64,000 nt of DNA from NCBI GenBank assembly GCA_964368755.1, contig CAYJCR010000001.1:140976-204975 (forward strand). The letters run 5' to 3'. The position numbers and the translations under genes were made by a program. Shown piece by piece: positions 18,125 to 25,956 of this stretch (position 1 is its first letter; each line of letters begins with the position of its first letter). Source of the stretch: an uncultured Lachnospiraceae bacterium. GTDB taxonomy: Bacteria; Bacillota; Clostridia; Christensenellales; UBA1242. The notes beneath the pieces were generated by a model. That model was not told the origin of the DNA and did not search any database. It saw nothing but the letters and a program-made list of their open reading frames with translations.

Positions 18125-20677
18125 ATGAGTATGGAAAAACTTGTTATTATTGATGGCAACAGCCTTATCAATCGTGCATTCTATGCATTGCCGGTGCTTT
18201 CTAACAAAGATGGAGAGTTTAGCAATGCTGTGTATGGATTCACTACCATGCTCATCAAGACCATTGAGGATCACAAGCCTACTCACATTGTAGTGGCTTT
18301 TGATTATGGCAAAAGAACATTTAGACACGATATGTACTCGGATTACAAAGCTGGCAGAAAGGAGACTCCTGCCGAACTCAAGAGCCAATTTCCTATACTC
18401 AAGCGTTTGCTTTCTGCAATGAATATCCAGATGTATGAGAGAGAAGGTATAGAAGCTGATGATATCATTGGTACACTTGCTAGGAAGTACAAAGTCCCAA
18501 CAATCATTGTTACTGGAGATAGAGATGCTCTACAACTTATAGACGATAGCACGGAAGTCTGGCTCACAAAACGTGGGATATCTGAAGTCAAGTTGATGAA
18601 TGAGAAGACATTCCATGATGAGTATGGTTTCGACCCAATAGGCATTATTGATCTTAAGAGCCTTATGGGAGATAGTTCGGACAATATCCCCGGTGTACCT
18701 GGTATAGGTGAGAAGACTGCTATGACTCTTATGCATGACTATAACAACCTTGATGGTGTGTATGCCAATATTGAGAATATTAGTGGCAAACTCAAAGAGA
18801 AGTTGATTAACGGAAGAGATATGGCATATTTGTCAAAAGCCCTTGCTACCATTGATACTACTGTTCCAATCGAGAGCAAACTCAGTGATTTTGAGTTTAC
18901 ATTCCCATTTTCTCAAGAAGTATTCGACATATTCACTCAGTATCAATTCAATTCGCTACTCAAACGTCCAGAGTTGTTCGGCGACAGTATGGTTGTAGCC
19001 AAAGATGACTCAAAAGTTGAGTCTAAGCAAATCCAAGTCAAAGATATACAAAGCATTGTATCTAATGCCAAGCGCATTGGTATTATTATTGGAGAGAGTA
19101 GTATTAACTTCGCTATAGACAAGCTTGTTGAATACACAATCAATTGTGAGTTAAATCTATTCAATGTTGGAGCAGAACATTCGGAGGCTTTGTCTAAGCT
19201 CAAATCTGTGCTAGAAGATAAGAGAGTAGAAAAAGTCTTCTATGACAGCAAAGATATGCGACACAAACTAGCGAACTTCGGAATCAATGTCCAAGGTAAG
19301 ATATTTGATTGTATGCTAGCAAGCTATTTGATTAACGCTGGAGATAAGACACCAAAGTGGCCTAATATTGCAGAGATATATGGTTTGAATACTAAGTACA
19401 ATGCAGTTAATCTTATCAAACTAGTTAGTCTGCTTGAGATAGACCTTGACAAGAACAATCTTAGGAGTTTGTACGAAGATATAGAACTTCCACTTGTAGA
19501 TGTATTATACGATATGGAGAATACGGGATTCACTATAGACAAAAAGGTCTTAGATGAACTTAGTGATAGATATAGTTGCGAACTTCAAGACTTGACCAAA
19601 GTCATTTATAGCCTTGCAGGGACTGAGTTCAATATCAATTCGCCAAAACAACTTGGGGAAGTATTGTTCGACAAGTTGGGGTTAGAAGCATACAATAATA
19701 AGAAAAAGTCAACAGGTATAGATATCTTAGAGGAGATAAGCGATAGGCATCCAGTTGTGCCACTTATCATTAGATACAGGAAGATACAGAAACTCAGTAC
19801 GACATATCTTGAGTCTTATCTTCAACTTGTCAGTGGCAATAGAGACAAGATACACACGATATTCAATCAAGCATTGACTGCTACTGGAAGATTGTCATCT
19901 TCTGAGCCAAACTTGCAGAATATCCCAGTACGAGATGATGAAGGTAAGGTCTTGCGTAAGATGTTCGTTCCAAGCAATCCAGAAGGATTCTTGGTGTCAG
20001 CCGACTATTCTCAGATTGAACTAAGATTACTTGCACATTTTAGCCATGACCCATTGCTTGTTGAGGCATACAATACAGGAAAGGATATCCATGCGCAGAC
20101 AGCAAGTGAAGTCTTCGGTGTACCATTCGGAGATGTCACACCTTTGATGAGGCGTAATGCAAAGGCAGTCAACTTCGGTATAATATATGGCATAAGCGAG
20201 TTCGGACTCGCACAGAATATTGGTTGCAGTAGGAAAGATGCAAAGAAGTTCATGGAGATATACTTTGAACGTTATCCTATGGTCAAGAAATATATGCAAG
20301 ATAATGTAGAGTTTGCCAAAGCACACGGTTATATATCTACAATGATGGGGCGTATCCGTAAGATCAATGAGCTTCGTTCTCCCAACTATATGACAAGACA
20401 GTTTGGAGAAAGAATAAGTATGAATATGCCATTGCAGGGTACTGCATCAGACATTATTAAAATTGCTATGATCAAAGTATACAATAGACTCAAAGCGGAG
20501 AACTTGAAGAGTAAACTCATACTCCAGATACATGACGAACTCATTATAGATACTGAGCCAAACGAGTTGGGTGTTGTCACTAAGATTCTTAGAGAAGAAA
20601 TGGAGAATGCTGTCAAACTCAATGTTCCACTTACTGTTGACGTCAATGCAGGTAAAGATTGGTACGAATGTAAATAA
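18125..20677 (+). CDS. polA: DNA polymerase I
   Basis: 5' nuclease domain (LVIIDGNSLINRAFYA, GDSSDNIPGVPGIGEKTA) and pol motifs A (SADYSQIELRLLAH), B (RRNAKAVNFGIIYG) and C (QIHDELI). The start is taken at ATG 18125/18131 after GAGG; the longer ORF from 18026 is unlikely. Confidence 0.95.
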   Translation: MSMEKLVIIDGNSLINRAFYALPVLSNKDGEFSNAVYGFTTMLIKTIEDHKPTHIVVAFDYGKRTFRHDMYSDYKAGRKETPAELKSQFPILKRLLSAMNIQMYEREGIEADDIIGTLARKYKVPTIIVTGDRDALQLIDDSTEVWLTKRGISEVKLMNEKTFHDEYGFDPIGIIDLKSLMGDSSDNIPGVPGIGEKTAMTLMHDYNNLDGVYANIENISGKLKEKLINGRDMAYLSKALATIDTTVPIESKLSDFEFTFPFSQEVFDIFTQYQFNSLLKRPELFGDSMVVAKDDSKVESKQIQVKDIQSIVSNAKRIGIIIGESSINFAIDKLVEYTINCELNLFNVGAEHSEALSKLKSVLEDKRVEKVFYDSKDMRHKLANFGINVQGKIFDCMLASYLINAGDKTPKWPNIAEIYGLNTKYNAVNLIKLVSLLEIDLDKNNLRSLYEDIELPLVDVLYDMENTGFTIDKKVLDELSDRYSCELQDLTKVIYSLAGTEFNINSPKQLGEVLFDKLGLEAYNNKKKSTGIDILEEISDRHPVVPLIIRYRKIQKLSTTYLESYLQLVSGNRDKIHTIFNQALTATGRLSSSEPNLQNIPVRDDEGKVLRKMFVPSNPEGFLVSADYSQIELRLLAHFSHDPLLVEAYNTGKDIHAQTASEVFGVPFGDVTPLMRRNAKAVNFGIIYGISEFGLAQNIGCSRKDAKKFMEIYFERYPMVKKYMQDNVEFAKAHGYISTMMGRIRKINELRSPNYMTRQFGERISMNMPLQGTASDIIKIAMIKVYNRLKAENLKSKLILQIHDELIIDTEPNELGVVTKILREEMENAVKLNVPLTVDVNAGKDWYECK

Positions 20678-20693
20678 TCAAACTTGTCGTTAC

Positions 20694-20722
20694 AAGCTCA
20701 TACTTTCTGTATGAGCTTTTTT
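20694..20722 (+). terminator. intrinsic terminator after polA
   Basis: aagctcatac-tttct-gtatgagctt followed by a T-run. Confidence 0.75.
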
Positions 20723-20860
20723 ATTACAAGGCTTGTATAGCCAATTGCTTGCTAAGTTGTATGACAATTGAATATAGTATAATATTTGTGTATAAATATA
20801 CATTATTATAAATAATAATTCAATAATTAAAATCATATAGTTTGTGCATAATAATATAGT

Positions 20861-21382
20861 ATGAAGTGGATAATATCTGTCTGTATAGTTGCCTTTGTAT
20901 CTGTGATATGTGCAGTGATTTTTTATCCATTCTATCCGTTGAAGTACACAGAGCAGATTAAGGCTTATGCCGAACAATATGATTTGAGTCCAGAACTTGT
21001 AGCGGGAGTTATATACGCTGAGAGTGGGTATAATAGCAAGGCTGTATCTGACAAAGGTGCTATGGGGCTTATGCAATTGATGCCCTCAACAGCGCAGGAG
21101 ATCGCGAGCAAGTTGGGAGAGAAGTATTCGGAGGATATGCTACTTGATGTTGATACAAACATTAGATATGGGTGTTATTACCTAAGATATCTATATGATA
21201 GAAGTGGTAGTGATATAATTGTCCTTGCTAGTTACAATGCCGGACTAGGTGTGGTGAGTAAATGGCTCAACAACAATGAATATTCATACAAAGGGGAATT
21301 GGTTGCCATACCGTATAAGCAGACCCAAGAATATATAGATAAAGTCAACAAAGCACGTATTTATTACAAAAACAAATTATGA
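20861..21382 (+). CDS. membrane-anchored lytic transglycosylase (SLT domain)
   Basis: N-terminal TM segment, then the SLT motif AESGYNSKAVSDKGAMGLMQLMPSTA and ASYNAG. Confidence 0.85.
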   Translation: MKWIISVCIVAFVSVICAVIFYPFYPLKYTEQIKAYAEQYDLSPELVAGVIYAESGYNSKAVSDKGAMGLMQLMPSTAQEIASKLGEKYSEDMLLDVDTNIRYGCYYLRYLYDRSGSDIIVLASYNAGLGVVSKWLNNNEYSYKGELVAIPYKQTQEYIDKVNKARIYYKNKL

Positions 21383-21385
21383 TGC

Positions 21386-21414
21386 TTGACAAACAATAGC
21401 ATATTTGATACATT
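21386..21414 (+). promoter_or_regulatory. sigma-A-type promoter TTGACA-17-TACATT immediately after the slt stop
   Basis: Perfect -35 hexamer, 17-nt spacer and an acceptable -10. It would drive the short unit ending at the 21548 terminator. Confidence 0.45.
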
Positions 21415-21547
21415 AGTACTGTCCAGATAGGACATTAGACAAAAAGGATATATATGATAGTTTGTATAAATGGTAAACGCATAGCAAAACAGAAGCATAG
21501 TAAGTGCTGATTTTTTGTTAGCTTATATAATTATTTGATAAATAATT

Positions 21548-21591
21548 GAAGTATATGACAAAAAATCTGGTCATATGCTTCAATTTTTTTT
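21548..21591 (+). terminator. strong intrinsic terminator ~145 nt upstream of lysS
   Basis: gaagtatatgac / gtcatatgcttc forms a 12-bp stem with one G-U pair, followed by aaTTTTTTTT. Confidence 0.8.
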
Positions 21592-21734
21592 GGACAATAT
21601 ATAAGTTGCACAGGGGTAGAATTGGTCATACAAACTCTGACTTTATACAAAAAAACATATGAAAATGCCGTAATCTAGTTGGTGTACAACCAACTTTATG
21701 ATAAAATAAAAACAATATTAGGAGAAAATCACAA

Positions 21735-23201
21735 ATGGACAACAACCAAGAATTATCACACGAAATAGACATAAGAAGGAATAAGATTGCAACTCTTAAG
21801 AGTCAAGGGGTTATCCCATATGCAGAGAAGTTCGTTAGGACACATAAGATTATAGAAGCAAGAACTTTGAGCGAAGGCGAGAAAGTATCTGTCTGTGGAA
21901 GAATGACTTTCCGTAGAATTATGGGCAAGCTTAGTTTCTTTGTAATAGAAGATATAGAGGGTAAGATACAAGTTAGTATCAGCCGTAATGAGATAGATGA
22001 AGAAAAGTATGCTTTCTATAAATCAATGGTAGATGTAGGAGACTTTGTAGGCGTAAGTGGTGAGATATATCTCACACATACTGGAGAGATAACAGTTAGG
22101 GCACATAGTTTTGACCTTCTTAGCAAGGCAATGTTGCCACTACCTGAGAAGTTCCATGGTCTTAGCAATCTAGAACAGCGTTATAGAGAGAGATACATGG
22201 ACCTTGTCAGCAATCCAGAGAGCAGAGAAGTGTTCCTAAAACGTAGTAAGTTCATTTCTTTCCTTAGAAGATTCCTTGAAGACAATGGCTTCTTAGAAGT
22301 TGAGACTCCAATACTTCAGAGCGCAGTTTGTGGTGCGAGTGCTAAGCCTTTCTTCACCAAACATAATGCACTCAACAAGATGTGCAATCTTCGTATCGCA
22401 CCAGAAGTATATCTAAAGCAAGTTATTGCTGGCGGATTTGATAGAGTGTTCGAGGTGGCAAAATGTTTCCGTAACGAAGGTATGGACCCAAGTCACTTGC
22501 AAGAGTTCACAATGGTAGAATGGTACGCAAGTTACTGGAACTTTGAAGATAATATTAGATTCTTCCAAGAGTTTATTCGTAAGGCAATGATGGAGATCAA
22601 TGGCAGTATGAAGATTACCCTTGGAGACAAAGAACTAGACTTTGGAGCTGAGTGGGCAAGAATCAATTATACTGAAAAGGTCAACGAGATACTTGGATTC
22701 AACGTGCTTGAGTTCACCAATGTTAAGGACATTATCAAGGCAGTTGTTAAGTCAGGAGTTATGGACGAAGATGAGTTCAACGAATGCAAAACTGTTGGTG
22801 GTGTTATTGATATCGTTTATAAGCGTAAGATTAGACAAAATATCGTTCAACCTACTATTCTATACAATTATCCTGCGTGCCTTGTTCCTCTTGCTAGAAG
22901 GAATGATGAAGATGATAGAAGAATAGATATGTTCCAAGTACTTGTTGCTGGTGATGAGATTTGCAAAGCTTATTCTGAGCTTGTTGATCCTATCGTACAG
23001 AGAGAGGCTCTTGAAGAGCAAGCTAAAGCAAAGAAAGATGGCGACGATGAAGCAATGGATCTAGATGAAGATTTCTTACTTGCGATGGAGCATGGTATGC
23101 CACCAATCTCAGGACTTGGTATGGGTATCGATAGATTGATGGTATTGTTGACAAGTCAACCTTCCATTAGAGATGTAGTATTATTCCCAATGATGAAATA
23201 A
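21735..23201 (+). CDS. lysS: lysine--tRNA ligase, class II
   Basis: OB anticodon-binding N-domain and class II motifs (FLEVETPIL, FRNEG, GLGMGIDRLVML-like GLGMGIDRLMVLL). SD AGGAG. Confidence 0.95.
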   Translation: MDNNQELSHEIDIRRNKIATLKSQGVIPYAEKFVRTHKIIEARTLSEGEKVSVCGRMTFRRIMGKLSFFVIEDIEGKIQVSISRNEIDEEKYAFYKSMVDVGDFVGVSGEIYLTHTGEITVRAHSFDLLSKAMLPLPEKFHGLSNLEQRYRERYMDLVSNPESREVFLKRSKFISFLRRFLEDNGFLEVETPILQSAVCGASAKPFFTKHNALNKMCNLRIAPEVYLKQVIAGGFDRVFEVAKCFRNEGMDPSHLQEFTMVEWYASYWNFEDNIRFFQEFIRKAMMEINGSMKITLGDKELDFGAEWARINYTEKVNEILGFNVLEFTNVKDIIKAVVKSGVMDEDEFNECKTVGGVIDIVYKRKIRQNIVQPTILYNYPACLVPLARRNDEDDRRIDMFQVLVAGDEICKAYSELVDPIVQREALEEQAKAKKDGDDEAMDLDEDFLLAMEHGMPPISGLGMGIDRLMVLLTSQPSIRDVVLFPMMK

Positions 23202-23216
23202 TAATTAGGAGGACAT

Positions 23217-24083
23217 ATGCCAGTAATATTCTGTGATAGCGCATGTGACTTGTGGCGTAAGCAAGTAGAAGAATGGGGTGTTAAAGAGATTAACTTTCCA
23301 TATATGCTTGATGGCGAAGAACAAAGTAAGTTGTTAGAGACCCCAGAGGACTTTGATGATTACTTTGTTAAGCTCAAAAAAGGCTCTATGCCAGGTACTG
23401 CGAGTATCAATGCGCATATGTTCAAAGAGGCTTTTGAGCCGGTACTCAAATCTGGTCAAGATATATTGTACATACACTTATCTAGCGCTTTGACAGGGAC
23501 TTTCAATTACCTTCCTGGTATTATTGGTGAACTTGAGACAGAGTATCCTGGTAGAAAAATATATACTGTTGACTCATTGCATGTTACTATGGGTATAGGT
23601 CTTCTTGTATATAGAGCAACGAAGATGCTTGCAAGTGGCAAGTCCTTGGTTGAGATAAAAGCTGAGCTAGAAACTTTGAAGAATAAGATATCATGCTTCT
23701 TCGCAGTAGATGATTTGTTTTTCTTAAAAAGAGGCAGTAGACTTAGCACGGTTCAAGCAATCGGTGGAACTCTACTTGGAGTCAAGCCAATACTCAAAGT
23801 CAGCGATAATGGTAAGATTGTAAGGGTTATTAATGTCAAAGGCAGGAAGAATGTTATCAAGAAACTTGTATACTTTCTTGAGACTTTGGGCGAGAACGTT
23901 GCAGACTTTCCAATAGTCATTATGCATGCCAACAACCAAGAAGATGCACAAGAACTCAAAGATGAGGTAGTGAAGCTTGTCGGCAAAGATAGTAATGTAT
24001 GGATTCAACCAGTTGGACCTATTATAGGTTGTCATTGTGGACCTGGTACTCTTGCAATTGTCTTCCGTTCTAGAGCAAAATAG
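23217..24083 (+). CDS. DegV family fatty-acid-binding protein
   Basis: Typical DegV length and motifs (DSACDL, SSALTGTF, GPGTLAIVF). SD AGGAGG. Confidence 0.88.
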   Translation: MPVIFCDSACDLWRKQVEEWGVKEINFPYMLDGEEQSKLLETPEDFDDYFVKLKKGSMPGTASINAHMFKEAFEPVLKSGQDILYIHLSSALTGTFNYLPGIIGELETEYPGRKIYTVDSLHVTMGIGLLVYRATKMLASGKSLVEIKAELETLKNKISCFFAVDDLFFLKRGSRLSTVQAIGGTLLGVKPILKVSDNGKIVRVINVKGRKNVIKKLVYFLETLGENVADFPIVIMHANNQEDAQELKDEVVKLVGKDSNVWIQPVGPIIGCHCGPGTLAIVFRSRAK

Positions 24084-24091
24084 TGTTTAAT

Positions 24092-24123
24092 AAAAGACAC
24101 CTTTTTAATAGGTGTCTTTTTTT
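24092..24123. terminator. bidirectional intrinsic terminator between degV and dinB
   Basis: aaaagacacc-tttttaata-ggtgtctttt flanked by A and T runs. Confidence 0.8.
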
Positions 24124-25339
24124 ATTCATCATCATCTTCGCCCATATTGATAAGAGAAGTGTTGAGTAGGTTAGCACGTTTGAGTGATGCATAACCATAC
24201 TTTTGTCTAATAGTATCAACGCTCTTGTCTTTGTTAATAATCTTCTCTTTGGAAATACTATCAAATAGTGACATTTGATTAGATATATCTCCACATACGA
24301 GGTTGCTACATTTGATACGCAGAGCCCTTATCCTTCTACTTCCAGAGAAATCCCAATTGTGTATCAATAGTTCAATGGCTACCTTTGCTATTGCTTCTGC
24401 ATTGTTGGTACTGCTAATGATTGTCTTAGATTTTTCGAAACTCGATAGATTGTTGTCTTTGATAGATAATGATATTGTGTAACATTCAAGGCTCTTAGCA
24501 CGCAATCTTGCAGAAGTAGATTCTGCTAGATAATAAAGAACTTGCTTGGCTTGTACGAGGGTTGAGATGTCTTCAATGGCTGTTGTACCATTGCCGACAC
24601 TTTTGACCATATAATGCTCATCATACAAGGCTACTTGATCCTTTTCTTCGCCACGAGCAATCTCCCTTAGATACTTGCCGTTGACTCCAAAGCGTTGTAC
24701 TAGGAGCTTCTCATCGGTATTGGCAAGATCCCCAATTGTATTGATATTAAGTTTCTGAAAATCTTGTATTCTATGTCTTCCTACGAACATAAGTGCTTCA
24801 ACTGGGAGTGTCCATGCAACTGTCTTATAATTCTCTCTACTTATCACGCTAGTAGCATCAGGTTTTTTGAGATCGCTACCGAGTTTTGCGAACATTTTGC
24901 TGAATGATACGCCTACCGATATTGTAAGACCGGTCTCTTGTTTGACAGTCTCTCTGATAGTATCTGCAATAGTCTTGCCATCACCAAAGAGCCTTGTACT
25001 TGCAGTGACATCAAGCCAACATTCATCAAGACCAAATGGCTCTATACGATCAGTAAATCTATAATAAATATCTTTAACTTTGCGAGAAATATACGCATAT
25101 TGCTCGTGATGGGGAAGTACACATATGAGGTTGGGACATTTCTGCTTGGCTTTCCATATAACTTCGCCGGTCTGTATGCCAGCATTCTTAGCAATATAGT
25201 TCTTGGCAAGTATTATACCGGTACGCTTGGCTGGGTTGCCAGCCACAACAACAGGAAGCCCCCTGTATTCTGGGTGATTGATACACTCTACAGAGGCATA
25301 AAAGTTATTAAGATCACAATGAAGTATTGTTCTGTCCAT
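24122..25339 (-). CDS. dinB: DNA polymerase IV (Y-family)
   Basis: MDRTILHCDLNNFYASVE, SIDEAFLD-like GLDECWLDVT, and a little-finger region. Confidence 0.92.
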   Translation of the reverse strand: MDRTILHCDLNNFYASVECINHPEYRGLPVVVAGNPAKRTGIILAKNYIAKNAGIQTGEVIWKAKQKCPNLICVLPHHEQYAYISRKVKDIYYRFTDRIEPFGLDECWLDVTASTRLFGDGKTIADTIRETVKQETGLTISVGVSFSKMFAKLGSDLKKPDATSVISRENYKTVAWTLPVEALMFVGRHRIQDFQKLNINTIGDLANTDEKLLVQRFGVNGKYLREIARGEEKDQVALYDEHYMVKSVGNGTTAIEDISTLVQAKQVLYYLAESTSARLRAKSLECYTISLSIKDNNLSSFEKSKTIISSTNNAEAIAKVAIELLIHNWDFSGSRRIRALRIKCSNLVCGDISNQMSLFDSISKEKIINKDKSVDTIRQKYGYASLKRANLLNTSLINMGEDDDE

Positions 25340-25346
25340 ATACAGT

Positions 25347-25386
25347 ATTATAACTCATAAAAACCGAGTTGTAAAACATATGTTCG
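25347..25386 (-). promoter_or_regulatory. dinB promoter TTTACA-17-TATAAT with overlapping LexA (Cheo) box CGAACATATGTTTT
   Basis: On the minus strand the box runs 25386->25373 and overlaps the -35 (25375->25370). The -10 (25352->25347) ends 7 nt before the ATG and there is no SD, implying a leaderless mRNA. Confidence 0.6.
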
Positions 25387-25417
25387 ATATTGATAAAAAT
25401 TATTTTTGCAAAATCTG

Positions 25418-25465
25418 TTGACAAATAAAAATCATATGAGTATACTAAGGTCAAAGAAAGTCAAA
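25418..25465 (+). promoter_or_regulatory. ctsR-clpC promoter TTGACA-17-TATACT with CtsR operator GGTCAAAgaaAGTCAAA
   Basis: -35 at 25418-25423 and -10 at 25441-25446. The direct heptad repeat at 25449-25465 matches the CtsR box (A/G)GTCAAANAN(A/G)GTCAAA. Confidence 0.85.
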
Positions 25466-25495
25466 CATTACATTTTAGACGAAGGAGGGGTCGAT

Positions 25496-25945
25496 ATGCA
25501 GAATATTAGCGATATTATTGAAGAGTTCTTATTATCTACGATAGGGCAAGACGATATGCTCAATATTTCGCGTAATGACCTTGCAGAATACTTCAATTGT
25601 GCACCGAGCCAGATAAACTATGTGCTTTCGACAAGATTTGGAACCGATAGGGGATTTATCATCGAGAGCCAGCGTGGTGGTGGTGGATACATCAAGTTGA
25701 TGAGAGCCAAATATGATAATGATATAGAGGATCTTATTAACAATCAGATTAGCGATGAGATTAGTTACAAAAGTGCGTGTTTTTTGTTAGAGAACTTGCA
25801 GTCCAAAGGATATATTAGTGCAGAGCAATCGCAAGTGATATCGTACGCATTGAGTCCAAAAGCATTGAGTTGCCCAATCAAGATAGAAGATAAAATGAGA
25901 AGTAATATTATGAAGAATGTGCTACTTAACATTCTTAGGAATTAG
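25496..25945 (+). CDS. ctsR: class III stress-gene repressor CtsR
   Basis: MQNISDIIEEFL...SQINYVLSTRF...GFIIESQRGGGGYIKL is the CtsR signature. SD AGGAGGGG. The ORF-track start at 25406 is upstream of the promoter and is rejected. Confidence 0.92.
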   Translation: MQNISDIIEEFLLSTIGQDDMLNISRNDLAEYFNCAPSQINYVLSTRFGTDRGFIIESQRGGGGYIKLMRAKYDNDIEDLINNQISDEISYKSACFLLENLQSKGYISAEQSQVISYALSPKALSCPIKIEDKMRSNIMKNVLLNILRN

Positions 25946-25956
25946 GAGGATATAGT

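Noticed and set aside
20866-20876. Near-DnaA-box agtggataa, considered as a possible origin signal.
   Set aside because: It is a single 8/9 match inside a coding region with no cluster of boxes or AT-rich unwinding element nearby.
20690-21076. 128-aa minus-strand ORF overlapping the polA terminator and the slt gene start.
   Set aside because: It overlaps a well-supported SLT-domain gene and a terminator, and its translation is low-complexity. I treat it as spurious.
21415-21734. T-box riboswitch upstream of lysS.
   Set aside because: I find no T-box consensus (AA..GGGTGGTACCGCG-like), specifier loop or stem I features. The region is better described as a small independent unit plus a short lysS leader.
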